Assembly: GCF_006345805.1 (NCBI RefSeq)
Contig: NC_043009.1
Location: 32,302,001 to 32,366,000, forward strand
Direction of reading: 5' to 3'
DNA length: 64,000 bases
DNA from: Octopus sinensis
Taxonomy: Eukaryota
Part shown: piece after piece, positions 12,575 through 23,512 of the stretch
How positions within the stretch are numbered: the stretch's first letter is position 1
Layout: each line of letters begins with the position of its first letter
Notes under the pieces: generated by a model
Seen by the model: only the letters and a program-made list of their open reading frames with translations
Told to the model about the DNA's origin: nothing
Databases searched by the model: none
Translations under genes and position numbers: made by a program

Positions 12575-14019
12575 TGCGCACGCGTCACCCAGAGTGCATT
12601 TGGTTTGTCGTTTTGGAGTGAGTCGGACGTTTTTTGTGCTGCTTTGAAGGTAGAGACGATGTACTCAGTCTTTAGCAGGTCGGAGTTATCTTCAGCAAAG
12701 GAGGAGCTGGTAAGGACGGTCATAAAGATGGACGGAGTATTGGAGAAGACAAGGAGTATTGCCGAGGCCACGGAAATGAAGCGAAGGGAGCTGGACTTGG
12801 CTGGTTTGAAGGAGTATGAGATGGTGCAGAAGTTGGGAGGTGACGTGAGGTTGTGGCCCCTCAAAGGCAATATGGTGCGGATGGACAGAAAAACAATCAC
12901 CTATAAGTGGTTCTCGTTAAAAGGAAAAAAGGCCGAGCAGGTGGAAGTTAAAACAGTAAAGGCGCTAAAGGTACGGTCTAAGGAAGTGACATATATAACC
13001 AAAGGAAGGAGATATGAGACGAGGGTCGTCCAATTTAGGACAGGAGAGGAGGCGAGGAGGCTGGCGAGTGTGGCGGTGAAAACAGAGGCAGTAGTGCTTC
13101 TGCCCACATACCTTGGAAGAAAGACTTCCAACGTAAGGGTAAAAACAATCCCACCTGATATAGAAGTGGCTTGGGTGACGGCGGCTGTCCTTGTTGGAAG
13201 TGAAAAGAAAGTGGCTGTACTTCAAGCCACAGAGGCGGAGGAAGGAGGTTGGAAAGGGAAGACATTGGAATTGATTATACAGACGGAGGAGAGACAACTG
13301 GAGAGTTTGGCAGAGACAGTGATGCTGGGGGAAATTGTGCTGAGAGTGTGAGTAGAGGGCAGAGTACCACGTTGTTTTAAATGTGGCCAAAAGGGCCACA
13401 TTAGAGCTTGCTGCTCTCTGCAGAGGACAATAGCAGAAGAAACAGTTGTGGAGACGGAAGAGAAAAGAGAGGAAGAAAAGACAGAGGGAGGAAAGGAAGA
13501 AAAGGAGGAAGAATGGAGAATAACAGAGTAGAAGGAAGAAAAGAAAAAAAGAACACTGAGTGTGATGTGGTACCCCAGTCCAACTCCATCTCACCCAAGA
13601 CCACTCAAACCCACCTCCCCATACAGCCACCAAACCCACCTACCCCATTTCCCCACAGGAAAAAAAATTTAAAAAAAAGAGCGGACACCTCAGAATTTAG
13701 AAGACCCCTCCCCCGGTGAAAAACGTTACGAGAGAGTGCAGTCATGAAGCAATAGCGGAACTGGAACAGAGACTAAAAGGAAATTAGGACTCAGAGGCAA
13801 CGAGTGGTGTTGCTCAGTGTTGGATGAGTAGCACTCTCTTCATATTTTCATTTTCAACTCTCACGCATGTTATCATAATTCTAATTTGTTTTTCATGTTC
13901 ATTTTCATGTCATTCATAACACCATATGTTATTTTTGTATATTTTTAATTATTACATGTCCCCACATGTGTTGTACAGTCCCCTCTATGTAAAGCCTTTA
14001 TGGCTAATTTGACGAAATA
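12575..14019 (+). mobile_element. ORF1-only Tx1/L1-like non-LTR element A (gag-like, CCHC zinc knuckle), decayed
   Basis: ORF 12605-13351, in-frame TGA, then VEGRVPRCFKCGQKGHIRACC (CX2CX4HX4C, 13373-13414), a Glu/Lys- and Pro-rich tail, a T-rich 3' UTR and AATAAA. No RT or endonuclease motif. Bounded by target repeats. Confidence 0.8.
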
Positions 14020-14035
14020 AAGAAGCCTGCTTCCC

Positions 14036-15543
14036 GAAGTTTTTGTCGGACGTGTTTGTTTCGCTGCTGGTAAGCATTTTTGCTGTTGCTGAAAACGTTG
14101 GATTACCATTTGGAATTGTTATTGTTATTTGTTGAACGTTAAATTTTGTTGTTGAGCATTGTTGAATTATTTCCCGGCTTTACCGAGCAATAACAAACAG
14201 AGAAGGAATTGTTGACCATTGTGGCATTTTATGAACGTTGTTTTGTCAAACTGTGAATAGTCTTTTGGACTAATTTTTGTGCCTGTCCCCCTAACGCGGG
14301 TGGGATTTGGAGTTTGTTAGTGAACTGTTGTCCTCTTCAAGAGGAAAATTTTTATTTCCCATTTTTGTGGGAAACTATTTAATTTGTGTAATTAACTTGT
14401 GAAATTAATTTCAGCCGAAAAATGTCGGTTGAAATTATACATGAGAGGTGTGTTCTCGTAGAGAGCAAGCAAGAAAATGTGAAAAAGTTCTCGGTGGTTG
14501 CCGTGGTGGCAACCGAAAATATCGACATTTCTGTCGATCAGCTGGAAGGTGTATTTAAAAGAATGAAAGTGGAGGGCGATGACGTTAAAATATCGCCCTC
14601 TTCCAGTGTGGTCAACACAGAAAACCGGACTGTACTGTTTAAATCGTTCTGCTCACAAAACAGAAGGTTTCAACACTTCGAGAAAGAGAAAATTGTAAAA
14701 TGCCTGTCCGCGATATGGAAAGACGTAGCCTATATTGCAAGGGTACGGGCCTACAGTACAGTTGAGGTCCGTTTTTCTAGTGGAAAGGTGGCCAGCGGGC
14801 ATTCCGTGTGTCTCTTGAAGACAAAGGAGGTGTTACTTCTACCAACATACATGGGAAGGCAGACTTTCCATGTGAAGGTGAGAGAAGTACCACCGGAGTG
14901 TGATCCGAAGGAGGTGATGACCGTCTTTTGTTTAACAAGACGGACCGTATAAAAGTCTTGAAAATTACATGCTCTGCTCTCCAGAACTGGGTTCCAGCGG
15001 AGCATTACAGCAATTGTATAGGAGACGCAGAAAGACCTTCAGGAGGTTTCCGAAAGGGTGGTCGTGGGCGAGAATGTGGCCCTTAGAGTGCAGGTGGAAG
15101 AAAGAAAACCCACCTGCTATGAATGTAGGAAAAAGGGCCACATTCGCGTGGACTGCGAAACAAGGAAAAAAAGAAAAGGAAAAGATGAAAAAAATGGCTC
15201 AGACACCAGCTCCTTCAGAAAACACTAAAATTGTCCCCAAACCTGCGCATATACCAGACCCTACACAAGTAAAACTTCCCACTCCCCCACCAGGTAAGTG
15301 AGGTCGCGTTAAGGAGTAAAGGTTCAACCCAGATGGCCGGGTGCCTTTCTTTCAACGCTCCTCATTGTGGAACGCAATGACCTATTCAAAATTTAAATTT
15401 TTTATTACATATTTCATCGATTCAATTTTTCATCCAATTGATTTGACATTTCTAAAAGGTAAAAAGCTTCTTCACACTTTATGTTTGTCTGTCCTTGTTT
15501 TTCCCCTCTATGTAATGCATGTATGGCAAATCTATATGAAATA
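14036..15543 (+). mobile_element. ORF1-only Tx1/L1-like non-LTR element B (gag-like, CCHC zinc knuckle), decayed
   Basis: ~385-bp 5' UTR, ORF 14422-14952, frameshifts, then RVQVEERKPTCYECRKKGHIRVDC (15115-15156). LLLPTYMGRQTFHVKVREVPP is homologous to VLLPTYLGRKTSNVRVKTIPP of element A. The 3' end is shared with A. No ORF2. Confidence 0.8.
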
Positions 15544-17324
15544 AAGAAGCTTGCTTACCACCCACGTGATTCCGGATTCAGTCCCATTGCGAGACACCTT
15601 GGGTAAGTGTCTTATACTATAACCTCACGCCGACCAAGAAAGAAGCCTGTTGTATATACATATATATATATACATGTTTTTGTGAGTCTGCTTGTGTGCG
15701 TGTCTGTCTGTCTGTCAGTATTTGTCCCCACCACCATCACTTGACAATTGATGCTGGTGTGTTTAGGTGTGTTTCGGTTCCTGTAACAAAAGGAATGGAA
15801 ACAATAAGTACTAGGCTTACAAAGAATAAGTCCATGGGTCGATTTCTTAGACTAAAACCCTTTAAGGCGGTGATCCAGCATGGCCGCAGTCAAATCACCG
15901 AAACAATTCAAAGAAAAAAGAATACATATTAGATATGATATAATATCAGCATAAGAGGTAGTTAGGTGACTCGTGAGTGCAACTGGTGACACACACATAC
16001 CCCTAATACATGTATGTATATATGTGTGTCTGTATATATGTAATTGTGTATGTATGCGCATTTTGAAATTCCGTTTAGGCTTAGCAATACGAATAACCTG
16101 GTGTTAGAACTCAATATACGTAGGTCTCGGAAAGAAGCGCCAGACGAGTACAACGCTTTGTAATAATGGCTTCATTCTAACATTGATACAGCGGCAGTAA
16201 CAAATGCACAAACACTCACATGTACATTTATGCATGTGTGCGTGCGTATGTGTGTTTGTGTGTGTCTGCGTGCATACGTAGTTTTATTTGTATGCGGGCG
16301 GATAAGTGTGTACATATAAGGCTGCGTATGTACACGTTGAGAACTTCGTTTTGAAAAAATATTGGAAGAAACATTACATTCTTTAGACAAATATTTTAAA
16401 GACAATTTTTGCTGAGAATATAGCCATTGGTTAGTTATATATTATATATAAAAAAAAAACTTTCTTACCTGTTTTGTCGCTAACAAACTAGCCTCGGGGC
16501 AAACTCAAGTTGAAAGAATATAACATCATTATGTGAGTCTGAATGTGTGTGGCATTTTGTGTTGTCCTTGTGAGTGTGTGTCTTTATGTGCGCTTGCATA
16601 TATGTGTGTCTGTTTGTGTATGAGTGTGTGTATGTGTGTGTGTGTCTTTATAATTCTATTTATTTCATTTGATTTCCTTCATAGCCTTTGTTCTTAGCAG
16701 TTTTTGTTGAATGTTCATTCTTTTGTATTTGCAGCCTCCAAACGTATCAATAAAAAAAACATTACACGAAAACAAGAAAATAACAAACACCGTTGTCCCC
16801 AAAATTCCCTTTTATTATACCAAATTCCTCTCTCACAAATGGATTGTTTCCTGTTTAATTTTGTAACAATAGCCCTAAATAACATGCTTTGAATGAAGCA
16901 AAGAAAGAAAGAATAAAAGAATAAGGTAGAAGAAGAAAAATACACAAAAAACACCTTTTCACAGAAATTATGAAAGCAATGTGATTATACGCTTTTGTAT
17001 AATTCGTCAGTTATAATACAATATTTCATCATATTGTTGTTGTAACACAAAAAATATTGATTCTAATAAAACTGATTCTTCATGCAAGTAAATGAAAACT
17101 CTTTTTTAATGGAATATAAAACAGAAATGAACTTATGAAAGAAAACAGCCTAACAGAAATTTTGCAATAAAATAGTATAATCAAAGTTGATATGAATCTT
17201 TTGAATTGCGCAAGTTCTCATTATTTGGTCAACCAATGTTAATAATGGTTGCTATCTCTGCATATTTTAACATACAGACTAAAATATCATTTATTTTATT
17301 TAAATAAATGAAGATGATAATAAC

Positions 17325-17592
17325 AAACCCAGTTCGAGAAATATGTCAGAAAAATCGGAATTGACATGAGAGCAGAGATAGCCCCCAAAAATCTGCTCTG
17401 CTGGGGACAGAGAGCTAGGATTTTGAGATTGGTACTTGGATTCTGAATATCTCACACGTTAGTTAACAACCAAGTATCAATGCTTATAATGTGCGAAAAG
17501 AGACACTGTGAGACCTCTGACGGCAGGCCGTTGTCCTCTCTCGCAGAATCTACCAGAGCAAATAAGACCGAGCCATATGAGAAGGAAAATGC
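17325..17592 (+). mobile_element. R4/Dong-like RLE LINE, extreme 3' fragment
   Basis: FEKYVRKIGIDMRAEI-(frameshift)-KSALLGT-(frameshift)-ARILRLVLGF* parallels the C-termini at 34.9-35.1 kb and 36.8 kb. Followed by TAA repeats. Confidence 0.65.
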
Positions 17593-17695
17593 TAATAATA
17601 ATGAGAAGAAGAAGAAGAAGAAGAAGAAGAAGAAGAAGAAGAAGAAGAAGAAGAAGAAGAAGAAGAAGAAGAAGAAAAACAACAACAACAACAAT
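17593..17695. repeat. (TAA)n(GAA)n(CAA)n compound trinucleotide tract
   Basis: Directly visible. Confidence 0.95.
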
Positions 17696-17767
17696 GGTAA
17701 TTGCAGTGGTTAAGAGGGAGAGCTACTAACCTCAATATTCCGAGTTCGATTCCAGGCAGGGACCTGG
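17696..17767 (+). mobile_element. Short tRNA-like (Ser-like) SINE head followed by (AAT)n
   Basis: GCAGTGGTTAAGAGGG...CTACTAAC...GAGTTCGATTCC (B-box). No complete acceptor stem, so not a tRNA gene. Confidence 0.6.
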
Positions 17768-17768
17768 T

Positions 17769-17964
<196 letters not shown>

Positions 17965-18033
17965 CCTTTCTAATATAGGTACAAGGCCTGAAATTTGTAG
18001 AAGCGGAGAAGTCGATTACATCGACACCAGTGC
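17965..18033 (-). mobile_element. SINE family B 3' end fragment
   Basis: Reverse complement of GGTGTCGATGTAATCGAC...CAGGCCTTGTACCTATATTAGAAAGG followed by an ATT tail; similar to 6215-6253. Confidence 0.6.
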
Positions 18034-18684
18034 ATTCTTAAGTTTACGCATGCCATGTACAATTCGTAAATTAATAAACTGAAAAACCAGAGCTTTGGCG
18101 ATGTCCATCTCTATGTAAAAACACTTGGCGTTTTCCGTGAGCTTTGACACTAAAATGAACATCATCTGGCATCGTTTTGCTGTAAAATGTTTAAACATCT
18201 CTATATCTTGTGCTGTTAAGTGTTGATATTTTAGTGCTTGCCAACCATCTGCATCTTTACCTCTCTCAATCCATCAAAAATTGCATTAGCTGTCCTGTGG
18301 CTTTTTAAAACCATGAATTGTTAAGGAACTTATGTTTTATTCACACATTATAACGTTACAATTTTCACCTCTCTGCAAATTTTGCATTATTTCAGATTTT
18401 TGGTCAAGTTGAAGTTCCATGCGCGCTTTTCACACCTTTCGTTTGTTAGTACTGGATGACATTTTTACTAATAGACGGACAATGTGCAAGTAGAAGTAGA
18501 TTCACCACACTTAAGAATTGCCTAATGTCCTTTGTAACTTTGCTGTAAACAATGGCAGAGTGGTGGCAATGGCCAGTGACCGGAGCGGAGGAACAAAAAA
18601 TATGAATTGGGAGAGCTCAGTACAAGTCAGCCGTCAACCATTTAGTTGTAACGAACTGTATATCGAATAAAATGACAAAGTATA

Positions 18685-18692
18685 CTATCTAC

Positions 18693-18740
<48 letters not shown>

Positions 18741-18786
18741 ATATCTATCTATCTATCTATCTTCTCTCTATATACACACACACACA

Positions 18787-18834
<48 letters not shown>

Positions 18835-18930
18835 CAATATATCTATCACTATATCTATATATATATATATATATATATATTTATCTTTTTATTTATTTCT
18901 CTATCATCTATCTGTTTATCTATATATCTT
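18685..18930. repeat. (TCTA)n/(CA)n/(TA)n compound microsatellite
   Basis: Directly visible. Confidence 0.9.
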
Positions 18931-18932
18931 AT

Positions 18933-19556
18933 GTCGAACGACTGCTATTGCGTGTGGGACGAGTCAGTTTATCAACCGAGTCTATCGTGAATATTATCGC
19001 GCCTCTTTTCTTGAAACGGGAAGGGAAAGCCGTTTTCATCGTACTTGTGAATATGGCGAAAGAATCTGTATGGTAGACACGTCTGAAAGGTCTAGAAACA
19101 AACACTTTCCTCTCTGGTGAATCTCACATCAGAGAAAGGTGAGAGTAGAGAGGGAAGGTTTGTCTAGTGTATGTTTCAAAAATAGATGGGTGAATGCAGC
19201 AAGGATGGCACGTGTGAATGACGGAGCCACATTGAGCATAATCGTATGAACCAGAAAAAGAAAGGGAAAAAGAGTCACTTACTGTAATGTGTTTTTGCAT
19301 GACACTATTGCCCGAGGTTACCGTGGTCTTTTCCGTGGGCTTTTCTTTCAACGAATAAACCCAGTCTGCTTCCCATTTTACACTATGACATTTCTGTGGT
19401 ACACGATCCCTATTGATTGGCTTCCCCCGCTTTTTTCACGATCCCTTTTGATCGAAATTCTACCGCTCTTTATTTTCTTCCTTTCTTCCCAAAAACAAAT
19501 GCTCGACTTCGTATTTTGTCCCCTCTCTGTTCAGCCCTGTGTGGCCAATAAAAAAA
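18933..19556 (+). mobile_element. 5'-truncated Tx1-clade LINE: ORF2 C-terminus plus 3' UTR, inserted in (TCTA)n
   Basis: VERLLLRVGRVSLSTESIVNIIAP...MAKESVW*TRLKGLETNTFLSG...RKVRVEREGLSSVCFKNRWVNAARMARVNDGATLSIIV* (stop 19247-19249). The 3' end is CCCCTCTCTGTTCAGCCCTGTGTGGCCAATAAAAAAA, with TCTA repeats on both sides. Clade assignment is from recalled similarity. Confidence 0.7.
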
Positions 19557-19676
19557 TCTATCTATCTATTTATTTATTTATCTATCTATTTATCCATCTA
19601 TTTATTTATTTATCTATCTATTTATCCATCTATTTATTTATCTATCTATTTATCTATATCTTCATCTACCTATCTT

Positions 19677-19769
<93 letters not shown>

Positions 19770-19905
19770 TTATTTATCTATCTATATATTTATCTATTTA
19801 TCTATCTATTTAGCTATCAATCTTTCTATTTATTTATTTATCTATCTATCTGTCTGTCTGTCTCTCTATATATTTATATGTCTGTCTGTCTGTTTATCTA
19901 TCTAT
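19557..19905. repeat. (TCTA)n/(TTTA)n tetranucleotide tract
   Basis: Directly visible. Confidence 0.95.
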
Positions 19906-19924
19906 GTGTGTGTGTGTATACATG

Positions 19925-20842
19925 ATGATGTGTATTGAGGTAAACAGTGGCTGCGCGTATAGTGGTATGTGTGGTGACGCTATTGAAGATTTGCGTGTAT
20001 GTGTGGGTGATGGTGTGGTGTGGGTGCTGAGAAATGTTCGGTGCTAGTGTATGTAAAGTGGGATGGTATTTTGTGGGTGTGAGTGTAATGGTGTGTGAAG
20101 TGAGTAATGAGTTGAAAAATGTGTATGGGTATTTGTATAGTGGTGTGTATGTGGTGAGGGTACCAATGTAAGCGGTATGCAGGTGTGTAGATGGAGGGGG
20201 CAGATGAATGTGGAAGGTATATGAGAATTGGTGTGGGTTGGTGTCAGTTGAAGAACGGTAGTGAGTTGAGCTCATATGGCGAAAAGGAACGAAGAAATTC
20301 CTGTTCAGGGCGAAGGTGGGAGTCCTGGTGGCCCCTGCACAGCGACAGTTCGAATATAGACTGATGTTGTAGCGAATGGCAGGGAGAGTGGATGTGGGGC
20401 GAGACCAGGGTGGCATTGCCACGTCTGACGTTTCGGAGGTACTCCGCGAACCGGTCGGCCAAGCGGTGTCCCCTTTGACCAATATACAGGGATGGACTGA
20501 GAGAGCATGAGATATAGTAAGTGACTTTACTAGAGATGCAGGTAAAGAAATCAGTGACGTGATAAGGACGGTGATGGGTGCCAGTAAAGATGGTGGTGTT
20601 GGAGAGGTAGAGACAGGTGCGACAACGAGTGAGAACAGGGGAAGGAGCCAGGCTGTGAGGCAGGGGTAGGAAAGACTGGAAAAGGCGGTCATGCTTATTA
20701 TAGGATCGTTGGAAGGAGGGAAGAGGTAGGAAGATGTGCGAGGTGTAGGACTCTGACTGGTGTCGCCGGAAGGCTCGGAGAGTGGTGCGTTGGAGGGCAG
20801 AGTGGGGTGTGGTAGGGGAGGGGTGGTTCTGTCTGTGACGCA
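19925..20842 (-). mobile_element. Penelope-like element 3' fragment with GIY-YIG endonuclease remnant
   Basis: CRTCLYLS...FTCISSKVTYYISCSLSPSLYIGQRGHRLADRFAEYLR...EQEF...PYELN (within ORF 20244-20972) has the PLE Cys-linker and GIY-YIG pattern. Followed by a C/A-rich tail. Confidence 0.85.
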
Positions 20843-20927
20843 TTGGGTAAGTGCTTTCTATCATACCACTGGGCCAGCAAATACCATATGACTGAATTTG
20901 GTAAAGGGAAATTGCACGGGTGCCCAT

Positions 20928-20935
<8 letters not shown>
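20843..20935 (+). mobile_element. SINE family A fragment (region just before the central microsatellite)
   Basis: TTGGGTAAGTG...GAATTTGGTAAAGGGAAATTG...GCCCATCG matches family A. Confidence 0.6.
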
Positions 20936-20971
<36 letters not shown>

Positions 20972-21396
20972 TATATGTATATGTGTGTGTGTGTTTGCAT
21001 GTACGTATCCATTACGTATATATGAATCTATCTATCAATATATTTTTTCTATCTCTCTCACTCTCTTTCTCTCTCCCTCTGTATATATATATATGTATAT
21101 AATCATACACATATATGTGTATATATACATATATTTATGTAAGTATGTATATATGTATATATATATGTGTGTATATTTCTGTGCATGTGTGTGTGTGTGT
21201 GTTGAGGGTGAAACCTCGGGTACGCGCTTGTGTTTATAAAAGTATGTCTGTGTGTGTACTTCTGACTAAATATGTATATTTCAAAATACCATCAACGGTG
21301 TGCTAAAATATACATTTCAAATGCGTACAATGACCATTCTAATGGTTTTGCACTTAAAACCATAAACAAACATAGACACACACACTCACGCACATA

Positions 21397-21447
<51 letters not shown>

Positions 21448-21784
21448 AAACACACTCACACACGCATACACACAGGTACTTAAAAAAATATAGGGACGAA
21501 TTATTCCTGCTGGCAAGACCATTTGTACATACATTTGGCATCCTATTATGTTCTTGAAAAATATACTAAACTCCTTCCGCAATTTTTCGCACGCCATGTT
21601 GAGAATAAGCCTTAGGACGATGTCAGTCGACAGGAAAAAGAAAGCAGAAAAAATGTTTGTTGATGATAAAAGAGACTTCAGTTCTTGTCGGAAACGTACC
21701 TTTCTATATATAGATTGACATACACGCACACACACACACACACACACACATACACACACACATATACATACATACATATATATA

Positions 21785-21833
<49 letters not shown>

Positions 21834-22126
21834 ATAGATAGATAGATAGATACATACATACATACCTACATAGATATACATGTATTCATATATATATATG
21901 CATATAAAAAATTAAACTATCGATGCAATACAATAGTATCACTTTCAAGCCAGTATACATTTCAGTGCAGCTTAACATAACAAGGTATCGATATCGGCTG
22001 CTATTTCCAGAAAATATTGGTCCCTTGTACAACTATTTCCTACTTATAAATACATACAAACATACATACATATATGCCTTCGTCTTTTGTTTATTTTCGT
22101 AAAGTTTCCCTTTATATATGTAAGAG

Positions 22127-22134
22127 ATAGATTG

Positions 22135-22169
<35 letters not shown>

Positions 22170-22325
22170 CTTATATATATATATGTATATATATATGTAT
22201 ATATATATATACACTTATATATAGATATGTATATATATATGTATATATATATAAATACTTATATATATATGTATATATATATATACATATATGCATACAT
22301 ATATATATGTATACACATATATATA

Positions 22326-22370
<45 letters not shown>
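22127..22370. repeat. Long imperfect (TA)n tract
   Basis: Directly visible. Confidence 0.9.
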
Positions 22371-22371
<1 letters not shown>

Positions 22372-22681
22372 GAAATTGGATTTTCTCTTCCTCTCTTTTA
22401 CTCTATCGCGTTCCTTTTATACATCTTCCTGTCGCCCTCTCACTCTTTCTTCTCCTCCTCTTTATTACCTATACCACTATTAAACCTTTCTCTGCCTATT
22501 CTTTGTCTTTCTCTTTGCCTCACCACAGTCTATGTGTTACTTCTTGCCTTCTTTTTATGACACACTCTCTCACCCTTCATCTATCTCTCCCTACATCTTT
22601 TCTCCCTCTCTCGCTCTTTATTTATCATAGCTATCTATCGACATATCTATCAGTCTATCAATCTCACCTTCTATCTCTCTC

Positions 22682-22732
<51 letters not shown>

Positions 22733-23282
22733 CCCTTTCCCGTTTCGATCCAATAAACATATCGTGTCCTCATTTGTGTCGGTTGTCTTCTCTTTCCTTC
22801 TCATCTGTTTTCGGGTTTTTTTCTAACCACTGAATTTCTCTATCATTTTTATTTTGTTATTTTTCGAAAATTTACATACATTTGTATATATGTATGAATG
22901 TAAGCATGTAGGTATGCTATGCGAGTACACACACATACACACACACACACACATATATATATGTATACATATATTTATGTGTATGTCTAGTATGTATTAC
23001 GTGAGATTATTATCCTTTCACTGTGTACTTTTTTTCTCTATGGTGCCTTGTAATGTATTTCATTTTCTAGTTTTCTTTTGTAATTATTTTCATTGCATTT
23101 TAAACTTATAGCTGCAAGGAAGAAGTTCACATAAGTACACACAGAGTAAACTTTCTACGATTTATCTGTTCTGGCGGACTCCTTCCACGCTGCCATACGC
23201 GTAGAACATTGATGGTGAATGCAGCAAGACCCCACACGCGCTTGCAAACGTTTGTATGTTTATGTGCGTGTATGTGTGTGTA

Positions 23283-23285
23283 TGA

Positions 23286-23351
<66 letters not shown>

Positions 23352-23425
23352 ATATATATATATGCATACATACAAACATATATATATATATAATATATAT
23401 ATATTATATATAATATATATATATA

Positions 23426-23512
<87 letters not shown>
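23283..23512. repeat. (TA)n/(TACA)n tract
   Basis: Directly visible. Confidence 0.9.

Larger units (their letters stand above)
12548..15924 (+). mobile_element. SINE family A copy split by two inserted ORF1-only elements (SINE parts 12548-12574 and 15544-15924)
   Basis: Left remnant GTGAATGTTTGGTAAGAAGCGTGCTTC matches the SINE head. The rest of the SINE resumes at 15544 (AAGAAGCTTGCTTACC...GGATTCAGTCCC) and runs to its tail. Confidence 0.8.

Noticed and set aside
12965-13639. 224-aa minus-strand ORF and other antisense ORFs over elements A and B
   Set aside because: Shadow ORFs of purine-rich plus-strand coding sequence.
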